Source: a virus. From it: a stretch of DNA of 64,000 nucleotides. Shown piece by piece: positions 9,706 to 18,289 of this stretch. The notes below the pieces were generated by a model. That model saw nothing but the letters and a program-made list of their open reading frames with translations, did no database searches and had not been told where the DNA came from. Position 1 is the first letter of the stretch. Each line of letters begins with the position of its first letter. The position numbers were made by a program, and so were the translations under genes. The stretch is from positions 1,576 to 65,575 of the IMG/VR virus record IMGVR_UViG_3300025534_000213, one strand, 5' to 3'.

Positions 9706-10410
9706 ATGTATATCAGCCGCATCACGCTGTTCCCCAAACCGTCCTTTGTTGCCCTTCGGACGCTGCTTCTTCCTGACGAGACTGGTGCTCGGGTTGCGGC
9801 GGCCCACAAGCTGATGTGGAGCTTGTTTGGCGATCATGAGGGCCGCGAAGCTGACTTCCTTTGGAAGGATGCGGGCAAGGATACCTTCTTGGTCCTGTCG
9901 AGACGGAAGCCCATGGCCGGACAGGATGCCACGGAGGTGTGCTCACTGTTCAGGATCGAGACCAAGCAGTTCGATCCTGCAATCAAGGCGGGTGACGAGT
10001 TGGAGTTTTCCCTGCGCGTCAACGCTACCGTTGCGACCAAGCGTGATGGCGAGAGAGACGGCCACCGCGAGGACATCCTTACTCGTGCTATCCGCGAATT
10101 GCGTGCTCGGGAACCGGGTTTCACGCGTGCGTGCCGGGACGAGGCCATTAACGAGGCGGCTTATAAGTGGCTAGTGCAACGGTCTGCCGCCAATGGCTTT
10201 GCGGTCGGTTCGAATACGTTCTCCGTGGAGAATCGGGATTTCGTCTCCGTGCCGCGCGAAAATGGACCGCCTATGCGGTTCGGAATGATGGACCTCGCCG
10301 GTCGAATCAGGGTGTCGGACCCGGATGCATTCAAGGCGCGCCTGATCGCGGGTTTCGGGCGGGCGAAGCGGTTTGGCTGCGGCCTGATGCTGGTTCGCCC
10401 GGCACGGTAG
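9706..10410 (+). CDS. cas6e: crRNA-processing endoribonuclease Cas6e (CasE/Cse3)
   Basis: MYISRI, HKLMWSLF, FLW, FSLRVNAT, and the C-terminal Gly-rich loop GFGRAKRFGCGLML. Confidence 0.95.
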   Translation: MYISRITLFPKPSFVALRTLLLPDETGARVAAAHKLMWSLFGDHEGREADFLWKDAGKDTFLVLSRRKPMAGQDATEVCSLFRIETKQFDPAIKAGDELEFSLRVNATVATKRDGERDGHREDILTRAIRELRAREPGFTRACRDEAINEAAYKWLVQRSAANGFAVGSNTFSVENRDFVSVPRENGPPMRFGMMDLAGRIRVSDPDAFKARLIAGFGRAKRFGCGLMLVRPAR

Positions 10411-10474
10411 TTCACGTTTTGGTGAAAACTGTGTCGAGACATTACTCTTTGAATATCAATGGCCTACAGCAAGG
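10411..10474 (+). promoter_or_regulatory. CRISPR leader
   Basis: 64-bp AT-rich segment between the cas6e stop and the first repeat; IHF-like TATCAAtggcCTA at 10454-10466; TTTTGGTGAAAA about 50 nt upstream of the repeat. Confidence 0.75.
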
Positions 10475-11052
10475 GTGTTCCCCGCGCGTGCGGGGATGAA
10501 CCGAGAGGATGGGATCACCGCATATTTAGGGTGACGTGTTCCCCGCGCGTGCGGGGATGAACCGGTTGATGTGCTGGGTTCGCCTGCCCGCGCCGAGTGT
10601 TCCCCGCGCGTGCGGGGATGAACCGGCCGCTGACGGCTTCGCCCGCGATGCAGGGCCGTGTTCCCCGCGCGTGCGGGGATGAACCGAAGGTCTCGCCCGG
10701 TGGGGCTGCGGTGTCCTCGTGTTCCCCGCGCGTGCGGGGATGAACCGTCATGCGGGTCATAATATGCACGCCAGATCGCGTGTTCCCCGCGCGTGCGGGG
10801 ATGAACCGGTGCTGGGCCTCATGGCGGACGAGGTCGCAGAGTGTTCCCCGCGCGTGCGGGGATGAACCGCGCATTGCTCAACGGGCTGGCATCGCCACCG
10901 GGTGTTCCCCGCGTGTGCGGGGATGAACCGTCCAGCGCATTGCACCGGAGCGGCGCGCCGTGGTGTTCCCCGCGCGTGCGGGGATGAACCGTCGCCGCCA
11001 TCCTTCAGCAGGAGGCGATGTTCGTGTTCCCCGCGCGTGCGGGGACAACAAA
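10475..11052 (+). CRISPR. type I-E CRISPR array: 10 repeats, 9 spacers of 32 nt
   Basis: Repeat GTGTTCCCCGCGCGTGCGGGGATGAACCG (29 nt) starts at 10475, 10536, 10597, 10658, 10719, 10780, 10841, 10902 (C>T at 10914), 10963 and 11024 (3' end degenerate); constant 61-nt period. Confidence 0.99.
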
Positions 11053-11058
11053 AGGCGG

Positions 11059-11087
11059 TTGTCGAAACTACATTTCCATTGTATTTT
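11059..11087 (+). promoter_or_regulatory. sigma70-like early promoter abutting the terminal repeat
   Basis: A-tract + TTGTCG-17 nt-TATTTT upstream of 11121. Confidence 0.5.
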
Positions 11088-11120
11088 GCCCCCAAACCCC
11101 ATTTCGAGAAACACATTGCC

Positions 11121-11462
11121 ATGAAGATCGAGATCACAGACCGCGAGCATTGGCTCGCTCGCGTGGACGCCGCGATCAACGCCATCATGGCCAGACGCGC
11201 GGAAGAAGATTCAAAATATGAGCGTGAATGGCGCGAGAGGCAGAACCGCAGGGCGGCCACGTGGTGGGGACGCCTGCTCGGCTTCAAGCCCGTCACCGAC
11301 AATGACCGGCCGGACCCCGTCGATGACAGCCTGTTCTTGAAGTACCCATCCATTTATGCGTGGGGCGATCTCGACCATCTGAAGAAGATCAGGCAAGCAC
11401 TGACCGAGGAAGGAACCGGCGTGATCTATCTCGACGCCGAGGACCTGAGGGCGGTTTCATAG
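11121..11462 (+). CDS. hypothetical protein
   Basis: ATG at 11121 in frame with ORF 10902..11462 (the upstream part of that ORF is array sequence). Confidence 0.65.
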   Translation: MKIEITDREHWLARVDAAINAIMARRAEEDSKYEREWRERQNRRAATWWGRLLGFKPVTDNDRPDPVDDSLFLKYPSIYAWGDLDHLKKIRQALTEEGTGVIYLDAEDLRAVS

Positions 11463-11767
11463 TGATCCCCACCAGAGTCCACTTCACCGGGCTCGAACTC
11501 GACCCGATGGTGATCCTGAACCCGCGCATCCATGTCGGGGTAATCCCTCCCGAATGGACGCGCCTTCGCTTCGAGACGGAGGAACGCCCCACCGTGGATA
11601 AGATGAACCGGTGGATCGCGGCCAACATCGAGGGGCGCTGGGCGTGCCAAGTGGTGAATCTCAGGCGGGCGCGGGTGGTGCTGCTTGCCTTCGAAAATGA
11701 CGTGGACGCCGTTATGTTCAAGATCAAAAACGGCGAGACGGCATGGGCCGAGACCCCGCAGGAATGA
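11462..11767 (+). CDS. small phage paralog-family protein (W...G.W...F...DA..F motif)
   Basis: GTG overlaps the upstream stop; NRWIAANIEGRW...LAFENDVDAVMFKI. Confidence 0.65.
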   Translation: MIPTRVHFTGLELDPMVILNPRIHVGVIPPEWTRLRFETEERPTVDKMNRWIAANIEGRWACQVVNLRRARVVLLAFENDVDAVMFKIKNGETAWAETPQE

Positions 11768-11792
11768 TGGACCTCTAGGACGTGTTCGAAGG

Positions 11793-12071
11793 ATGACCGC
11801 TTTCGTGGTCGCGGAACAGTACTCGGCCCGCGTCGCAAGGCCATGGCAGGTGGTCCTCGAAGTGCCGTCGGATATCTTCGACTGGCTTGACACGCGAGGC
11901 ATCCCCTACCGTTGCACGTGGCAGTGTGTTGACTGTGCATATGATGAGGAGTTGGCGATTTCTCACCATATCCGTGCGCTGGTGGACATCCCGGACGCCT
12001 CCGATGTTGTCCTGTTCCGGCTGCAATTCCCGCATCTCACGGTGCATGAAGATGTGAATGCCGCCGAATGA
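11793..12071 (+). CDS. small phage paralog-family protein
   Basis: FDWLDTRGIPY...DIPDASDVVLFRLQF. Confidence 0.55.
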   Translation: MTAFVVAEQYSARVARPWQVVLEVPSDIFDWLDTRGIPYRCTWQCVDCAYDEELAISHHIRALVDIPDASDVVLFRLQFPHLTVHEDVNAAE

Positions 12072-12152
12072 ACTGGACGGAGTCCCCGTTGGCACCGTAG
12101 AATACGGTTCGCGCTACCACTTTTCAGAAAGCCCCTTTGGGAGATTTTAAGA

Positions 12153-12737
12153 ATGCCTTTGGTTCCGATGGTCCTTGAGCAGGACGGCCGCAGCGAGCGC
12201 AGCTTCGACATTTTTTCCCGCATGTTGCGGGACAGGATCGTGTTCTGCGCCGGTCCGGTCGAGGACAACATGGCGAACCTCATTGTCGCCCAGCTTCTCT
12301 ACCTTGAGAGCGTGGACCCCGAGAAGGATATCAGCCTGTATGTGAACAGCCCCGGTGGGGTCGTGACGGCTGGTCTCGGCATCATCGACACCATGCGGTT
12401 CATCAAGCCCGATGTGAGCACGATCTGCATCGGTCAGGCCGCCAGCATGGGTGCCATGATCCTGAGCAGCGGTGCGAAGGGAAAGCGGTTCATCCTGCCG
12501 AATGCCCGCGTGATGGTCCATCAGCCCTCCGGCGGTGCGCAGGGCATGGCCTCCGACATCGAGATTCAGGCACGCGAGATCATCAAGCTCAAGGCGAAGC
12601 TGAATGCCATGCTGGCGGAGAACACCGGGAAGCCGCTGGATGAGATCGAGAAGGCGATGGATCGCGACACGTGGCTGTCGGCCGCCGAGGCGCTTGAGTT
12701 CGGCGTCGTCGATCAGATCGTCAGCAGGCGGGACTAA
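12153..12737 (+). CDS. clpP: ATP-dependent Clp protease proteolytic subunit
   Basis: LVPMV...[22 protein letters not shown]; catalytic Ser (QAASMG), His (MVHQP) and Asp (DRDTW). Confidence 0.96.
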   Translation: MPLVPMVLEQDGRSERSFDIFSRMLRDRIVFCAGPVEDNMANLIVAQLLYLESVDPEKDISLYVNSPGGVVTAGLGIIDTMRFIKPDVSTICIGQAASMGAMILSSGAKGKRFILPNARVMVHQPSGGAQGMASDIEIQAREIIKLKAKLNAMLAENTGKPLDEIEKAMDRDTWLSAAEALEFGVVDQIVSRRD

Positions 12738-13492
12738 TGCCGGATGACCTTGCCCCGTCGGGGCTGCACAAGCCCCGACGGGTCCAGTCCGGCGTTGCCA
12801 CGAGCGATGTGGAGGTTTCGGCGCATATCGGGGACAACGCCGATCTGTTTCCGCGCATTCTCAAGCTGCACGTGCCGGACGGCGCCAAGATCGCCGATGT
12901 GACCTATGGAAAGGGGGTTTTCTGGCGGAATGTGCCGGAGGGCCTCTACGACCTGCACGCGAGCGATCTCAAGACCGGTGTGGACTTCCGCGCCCTCCCC
13001 TACGCCGATGCGTCCATGGATGCCGTCGTGATTGATCCTCCCTACATGGAGGGGCTGCTGCGGGAGAAGAAAGACACTCGCGCAGGCAGTGGCACGCACG
13101 ACCAGTTCCGGGACTACTATTCGAGCGGAGCGGAGACCGGCGGCGGCAAGTGGCATCAGGCGGTCCTCGACCTCTACATCGCGGGCGGACGCGAGGCGCA
13201 TCGGGTCCTCAAGGACCACGGCATGTTCATCGTCAAGTGTCAGGACGAGGTGTGCGCCAACCGACAGGAACTCACCCATGTCCAGTTGGTGAATGCCTAC
13301 GGCGCGATGGGCTTCTATGCGCGCGACCTGTTCGTGCTGGTCCGTACCGGCCGACCCGGCGTGTCGCGGCTGCTCAAGCAGGTCCACGCCCGCAAGAACC
13401 ACAGCTACTTCCTCGTTTTCGAGAAAGTCCCGCAAGGGCGCGCGGTCGAGACCTACAAGTCGAAGCCGGTCAAGCCCCTGATTGAAAGGTGA
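12737..13492 (+). CDS. amino (N6-A/N4-C) DNA methyltransferase-like protein
   Basis: SAM-binding DVTYGKG followed by catalytic DPPY; EAHRVLK. Confidence 0.75.
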   Translation: MPDDLAPSGLHKPRRVQSGVATSDVEVSAHIGDNADLFPRILKLHVPDGAKIADVTYGKGVFWRNVPEGLYDLHASDLKTGVDFRALPYADASMDAVVIDPPYMEGLLREKKDTRAGSGTHDQFRDYYSSGAETGGGKWHQAVLDLYIAGGREAHRVLKDHGMFIVKCQDEVCANRQELTHVQLVNAYGAMGFYARDLFVLVRTGRPGVSRLLKQVHARKNHSYFLVFEKVPQGRAVETYKSKPVKPLIER

Positions 13493-13501
13493 TTTGAGTC
13501 C

Positions 13502-13930
13502 ATGAGTTGGAATTACCGCGCCATCCTGCATGACGACCCGGTGGAGCCTTGGATCGGGCTCCACGAGGTCTATTACAACGAGGACGGCTCCGTAAGCGCA
13601 TGGACGGCGAAGCCGATCCGAGTCTGGTGTTATCAGGACGAGGGCATCGACGGCATCCTCGCCGCCTTCGAGCGGGCCAAGGGGACCCTCTCCACGGAAC
13701 CGCTGCTGAACGCCAAGGACCTTCCGGGGTATCAGGCCGATCCTCACCCGAAGCGGGATGCCGACAGGCCGGGTGTCAAGGAGGCGGTGGCGATCATCCG
13801 CCGCCGTGAAGCCGCCCTGCGGGAGACGGCTTCCTCGTCCCATGCCAATGCCCATCTGGCTGGCATCGTCGCCGACGAACTCCGGGACATGGCGATCCAG
13901 ATCGAGACCCTGCTGGGACGGGGCGCCTGA
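13502..13930 (+). CDS. hypothetical phage protein
   Basis: MSWNYR...GLHEVYYNEDG N-terminus; coupled to the next gene. Confidence 0.65.
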   Translation: MSWNYRAILHDDPVEPWIGLHEVYYNEDGSVSAWTAKPIRVWCYQDEGIDGILAAFERAKGTLSTEPLLNAKDLPGYQADPHPKRDADRPGVKEAVAIIRRREAALRETASSSHANAHLAGIVADELRDMAIQIETLLGRGA

Positions 13931-14469
13931 TGTTCGAGGTCAGGATCGAGGACATCGGCAGCGCCCAGACGCTCATGGCGGCCGGATGGCCGACCCGTGC
14001 CGTCTCGCTGGTCTATCCCGGCATCATGTCGAGCCAAGGTCCCCACCACCTCGTCGTCGAGATGGATGACATCGAAATCCCGACCACGGACTGCATTCTG
14101 CCCGAGCGGGAGCATATGGAGCGGGTGCTGGCCTTCACGCGGGACCTCACCGACGCGGACCGGCTGCTGGTCCACTGCCACATGGGGATGCGCCGGAGCC
14201 CGGCCGTCGCCATCGGAATCATGATCCAGCACGGCATGGGTATCGAGCAGGCTTTCGAGCGTTGCTCCCGGCTTCGGCCCATCATGATGCCGAACCAGCA
14301 GGTCCTTCGCCTGATGGATGAGGCTCTCGGTCTGGGCGGCAAGCTGACCGACTACGGCCTCCGCTGGCTGGCCGAGGAGTTCGAGAAGGACCAGCCACCC
14401 AAACCCGTTTTCACCGCTCCCGAGAGCGAGGTGGACGAGATGAGGCGTATCCTCGCGCGGCTGCTCTGA
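13930..14469 (+). CDS. Cys-based (protein tyrosine/dual specificity) phosphatase
   Basis: CX5R loop LVHCHMGMRRS; upstream MDD acid loop; RP..MPN. Confidence 0.85.
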   Translation: MFEVRIEDIGSAQTLMAAGWPTRAVSLVYPGIMSSQGPHHLVVEMDDIEIPTTDCILPEREHMERVLAFTRDLTDADRLLVHCHMGMRRSPAVAIGIMIQHGMGIEQAFERCSRLRPIMMPNQQVLRLMDEALGLGGKLTDYGLRWLAEEFEKDQPPKPVFTAPESEVDEMRRILARLL

Positions 14470-14525
14470 GACGGGCGCCCCGGCCTGATCTCCGGGCCAC
14501 GATTGAGCTTCCGGGCCGATCCAGC

Positions 14526-14532
14526 CTAAATA
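14526..14532 (+). promoter_or_regulatory. T4-like late promoter core
   Basis: CTAAATA in an intergenic gap before 14585; the same core recurs before structural genes. Confidence 0.55.
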
Positions 14533-14584
14533 TTTGATAGGGCGCACGTTGTGTGCCCGATCAAGCTGTGGCTAGGCTGCTGGG

Positions 14585-14887
14585 ATGGTCGGACGAAGCG
14601 TCTTTGTGGCTGGGTACGAGGGCGTGAACCTGCCGCTCAGGTTCCGCTTCCACTATGGTCTGGCCGGTATTCGCCCACAAAACTCGACCGTCGTAGCCCG
14701 CTTCACCGAGTTCTGGTGCCAAGACAATTGCCGGGGGCGATGGCGCGTCGAGGAACGGGACGACTGGACCATCGAAGTCGGTTTCGACGCGGACCGCGAT
14801 GCCGTCCTGTTCTATCTGAGCGAGGAATACGCGACATTCGCTGCCAAGCCCGAGGGGGTCCTTGAACGCCCCTCGGCCGGAATGTGA
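14585..14887 (+). CDS. small phage paralog-family protein
   Basis: WCQDNCRGRWRV...GFDADRDAVLFYL. Confidence 0.65.
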   Translation: MVGRSVFVAGYEGVNLPLRFRFHYGLAGIRPQNSTVVARFTEFWCQDNCRGRWRVEERDDWTIEVGFDADRDAVLFYLSEEYATFAAKPEGVLERPSAGM

Positions 14888-14911
14888 GGGACCGGCTGGC
14901 CGCCCCACGGG

Positions 14912-15556
14912 TCACGCTGCCTCCTCCCCGTTCTTCTCGGTCTGCCCGGCCCAGCGCATAATGAAGTGCGTCCGGTCGGTATCATCGCGGAAACGCACGA
15001 AGAAGATCGGGTCGCCGAGCCAGCACGAATAGGCGCGGAAATTGGACGCTCGGACATTTGCCATGAGCCACTCCCGCATCTCGGCCTCGTGGCCCTTATA
15101 GCTGAGCCTGATCTCGACCGGGGCGTCAGCACTCTTGTCGGACCACCACCGGAAGAAGGCATCGTGATCGGACGACTCGACGAAGGTCAGGGTCCAGCCG
15201 TCCGTCATCCGTTGGGCGACCACATCGCGCACGCAGTTCCGCTCAATCCATTCCTCGATCTCGACCTTGTCCCAGACCTTGCGCTGCAACATGGCGTCGC
15301 TGAGGCATATCTGGCGGGAGGAGCGGGTAACGCGTTCAATTTGTTCCCGACCGACGGAGGATAGCCACGCCATCATGGTGTCGAGCGGGTCGATAGGAGG
15401 CGCCTTATAGGGCGCCGGTTCAACAACCCGCACATAGGCGGGGCAATCAGAGGAGGACGACCACTCTGCTCCGGACTGCACGACCGGTGCGTACCTCTCA
15501 ACAGGGGCCGGGATTGGTGCCGCCGAGGGTGGAGGGCAGAGAATGAGCTTTCCCAT
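14912..15556 (-). CDS. two-domain member of the small paralog family
   Basis: IEEWIERNC...LTFVESSDHDAFFRWW and MREWLMANV...VRFRDDTDRTHFIMRW; TTTCAGAA upstream of ATG 15556. Confidence 0.6.
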   Translation of the reverse strand: MGKLILCPPPSAAPIPAPVERYAPVVQSGAEWSSSSDCPAYVRVVEPAPYKAPPIDPLDTMMAWLSSVGREQIERVTRSSRQICLSDAMLQRKVWDKVEIEEWIERNCVRDVVAQRMTDGWTLTFVESSDHDAFFRWWSDKSADAPVEIRLSYKGHEAEMREWLMANVRASNFRAYSCWLGDPIFFVRFRDDTDRTHFIMRWAGQTEKNGEEAA

Positions 15557-15706
15557 ATGATGCCATTCTGAAAAATGCGAGCCGAGCCTATCCGGTCGTC
15601 CGAACCAATGCAATAGCGTTTTCGAACCAAATTAGGCTTGTGCAAGGCGCCGGACGGTGTAAGGTGCCGTCCGATTTTGAACGCCATTTTCAGAAGGTCA
15701 TACTCG

Positions 15707-16939
15707 ATGCGGTACGCATTTCCGCAGGCGACGCATATCGACGCCTATCTCAAGGCCATTGAGGGCTATGAGGAGTTCATGGTGAAGCGTGACCCGAAGT
15801 CGGGCATCCTCGTGCTGAACTACCTCTATGCGGCCGAGCGGACCTTCACCGATCCGAACTCCTATGCGGACCCGCAGGAGGCGCTCAATGCCGCGCTGCG
15901 CCGGGAGTGCCGTGGCATCGAGTTCGACCTTGAGACCGGCGACCTCGTGACGCGAAAGCTGCACAAGTTCCACAATGTCGGCGAAAAGCCGGAATATGCC
16001 AGCCATCGGCTGCCGTGGGGCGAGCAGCACTGGGTGCTCGACAAGCTCGACGGGTCGATGATCACGCCCTTCCGGCGCCGCGATGGCGTGCTGGAATGGC
16101 ACACCAAGATGGGCGCGACGCAGGTCGCCGAACCGGTGGTGCGGCATGTCGAGGCGGCGTCCGAGGCCATCCCCTACGCGCGTTTCGCCGACGAGATGCG
16201 CGAGCAGGGCAAGACGCCGATCTTCGAATGGTGCTCGCGGCAGCAGCGGATCGTCATCGACTATCCGACGGACATGCTGGTGCTGACGGCGGTGCGCGAC
16301 AACAGGACCGGCGTCTACATGCCCTATGACGAGATGGCGGTGCTGGCGAAGCTGCGCGGCATCCCGGTCGTGCGGGCGCTGGATGGCATGGTCGGTGATC
16401 CGCAGGCGTTCCTGCGGGAGACGGCCGACATCGAAGATGCTGAGGGATATGTCGTCCGCTGGGCTGACGGACACATGGCGAAGGCCAAGGGGAGTTGGTA
16501 CTGCCGCATCCACCGCACCAAGGACCTGCTGCACCTCGAAAAGGACGTGTGGGCGCTGGTGCTGGATGATCTCGTGGACGATGCCAAGCCGTTCATGCAG
16601 GACGCCGACCGGGCGGCCGTGGAGGGCTTCATGGATGCCCTCTACCGGGGTGTCGGGGAGACGGCGCAGCGCCTTGAGGCGACCGTGGCGGCGGCCCGCG
16701 TTGCCTGCGGCGGCGAGAAGAAGCGGTTCGCCATGGAGGTGGTCAACCAGCCGAGCGTGCCCGTCATCGAGAAGGGCCTGCTGTTCGCGGTCTGGGACGG
16801 CCGCCCCGCCGTCGAGACCGTGCTGGGCCTACTCAAGAGGAACACTGGCACGCAGACCCGGATCGACGAGGTCCGGTACCTCGCAGGTGGTGTCTCGTGG
16901 CAGCAGTTCTATACCAGCGCGGGTCCGTTGGACGATTGA
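15707..16939 (+). CDS. RNA ligase 1 (T4 Rnl1/gp63-like)
   Basis: RECRGI, KLHKFHN, motif I KLDGS, TPIFEW, motif IV EGYVV, motif V KAKGSWY. Confidence 0.9.
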   Translation: MRYAFPQATHIDAYLKAIEGYEEFMVKRDPKSGILVLNYLYAAERTFTDPNSYADPQEALNAALRRECRGIEFDLETGDLVTRKLHKFHNVGEKPEYASHRLPWGEQHWVLDKLDGSMITPFRRRDGVLEWHTKMGATQVAEPVVRHVEAASEAIPYARFADEMREQGKTPIFEWCSRQQRIVIDYPTDMLVLTAVRDNRTGVYMPYDEMAVLAKLRGIPVVRALDGMVGDPQAFLRETADIEDAEGYVVRWADGHMAKAKGSWYCRIHRTKDLLHLEKDVWALVLDDLVDDAKPFMQDADRAAVEGFMDALYRGVGETAQRLEATVAAARVACGGEKKRFAMEVVNQPSVPVIEKGLLFAVWDGRPAVETVLGLLKRNTGTQTRIDEVRYLAGGVSWQQFYTSAGPLDD

Positions 16940-17040
16940 GACGTAGCTGACTCCAATCTGGTCGCCCGGCACAAGGCGCTTGCCAAAATGCCGGGCAGTG
17001 ATACCATATTACGCGGTTCAAAGAGAATTCAGCCACGGCC

Positions 17041-17385
17041 ATGTATAAGGACCCGCGCCAGAAACCATGGGAGAAGAAGGACGGTGGCCGCTTTCCGGCG
17101 CCGAAGCTCATCGAGGTCATCAGCGTGACTGAGCAATCTCCGGGTCCCATCCCCGTTTCTGTCGCCGAGGATAGTTTCATTGGCCATCCCGTGGGCGAGA
17201 CGACGGTGCTGGTCGATACCGGCCACCTCGGCATGTGGACGGTGCTGAGCGAGGCCCGTGCCCTCGCCAAGGGACATCGGCTGGCCCTGATCAATTTCGG
17301 CACGGCCAAGGATGGCCGTCTTGCTCTCACCTTCCGCACCAAGGAGCAGGCGGCGATCTTCCGTATGTTCTGGGACCATGCGTGA
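17041..17385 (+). CDS. hypothetical protein (paralog-family-like C-terminus)
   Basis: Ends LTFRTKEQAAIFRMFW. Confidence 0.6.
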   Translation: MYKDPRQKPWEKKDGGRFPAPKLIEVISVTEQSPGPIPVSVAEDSFIGHPVGETTVLVDTGHLGMWTVLSEARALAKGHRLALINFGTAKDGRLALTFRTKEQAAIFRMFWDHA

Positions 17386-17488
17386 GCGGCTGGATGTGGT
17401 CCTCATGACCGATGAGCATGGTGCGGCGCTCTGGTGCGTGCTTGGTGATCCGGTCCTTGGTCAAATGCATAACTGAAACTGAGGCACA

Positions 17489-17869
17489 ATGAATGTAGTG
17501 CAGAATATGAGGCATTCAGGCTGCGACTTGGATGATGTGATGGTGCTTTTTAAATACCCGGATTACGCGTCGATCCTTGAGTGGAATTGCCCGGATACCG
17601 AACCCGGACAGGTCACGGTGCCGACACCTTCTCGACGGGACATCATCAATGCCCTTTGCAGCTTGAAGTCTGAGGTGGGTCGGCGTGCTTCCACGGCGGA
17701 ATATAAGACAGCTTATGAGCACGGATTTATCGCTGGCGCAACGCGGATGCAGGACGCCTTGGAACGGCGGTTCTACAGGTGGGGCATGTCCGGGGCGGGT
17801 TCGGCCTTGGATATGGTTTCTCCCTATCTGCTGCTCGATAACCCGGAAAGCGAGGGAACCCCAGAGTGA
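17489..17869 (+). CDS. hypothetical protein
   Basis: GAGG RBS before ATG; 126 aa. Confidence 0.5.
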   Translation: MNVVQNMRHSGCDLDDVMVLFKYPDYASILEWNCPDTEPGQVTVPTPSRRDIINALCSLKSEVGRRASTAEYKTAYEHGFIAGATRMQDALERRFYRWGMSGAGSALDMVSPYLLLDNPESEGTPE

Positions 17870-17901
17870 CGGTGGTCTCATCCCCTACGGAGGGTCCGGC
17901 C

Positions 17902-17991
17902 ATGCATGACCTGCTGCTGTTCGACTGGTTCGAACACATGGACCGGTCGCCCGGCGCGAAATTGCTAGCCAACCTGCCTTTCCATGGCTGA
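17902..17991 (+). pseudogene. truncated duplicate of the 18282 gene
   Basis: MHDLLLFDWFEHMDRSPGAKLLANLPFHG* versus MHDLRLFDWYEHTDRMPGG... Confidence 0.6.
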
Positions 17992-18289
17992 CCTCGATCT
18001 CACGCTCGGCTGGTGCTGGCACTACGTGGATACGTCCATATCAGTCTCAAACTGGGACGACATCCTACCGGGCTATCGTTATCGGGGCGTCCACACCGCC
18101 CTCGAATACCTGTCGGAGCAAGGATACCCGTTCGATCTCGCCTTTGAGGACACCGGGCGGCGCGCAACCGGCTATGGGGGCAAGACCGAAATGCTCTCGC
18201 GTCTGCGCGTGATTATGAGCCCCGAGGTCTATGCCATCTATCGGCTCGTGGGCGGTCCCATCCCCTACGGAGAGCCCGCCCATGCATGA
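17984..18289 (+). CDS. tandem paralog 1 (MxDL...YRxxGG family)
   Basis: LEYLSEQGYPF...VYAIYRLVGG. Confidence 0.7.
   Translation: MADLDLTLGWCWHYVDTSISVSNWDDILPGYRYRGVHTALEYLSEQGYPFDLAFEDTGRRATGYGGKTEMLSRLRVIMSPEVYAIYRLVGGPIPYGEPAHA

Noticed and set aside
10626-10718. Self-targeting by spacers 3 and 4 within the window (AAGGTCTCGCC near 29246, 31983, 48267; GCCGCTGAC near 47143)
   Set aside because: Only 9-11-nt matches, expected by chance; no full protospacer seen by eye, and the rest of the genome is not available
10515-11353. ORFs overlapping the CRISPR array
   Set aside because: Translations of repeats (GSSPHARG, RFIPARAGN, VHPRTRGEH)
10411-12071. cas1/cas2/cas4 or Tn7-like transposase genes next to the array (adaptation module or CAST)
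   Set aside because: No such motifs in the flanking ORFs, and Cas3 is intact, unlike in CASTs
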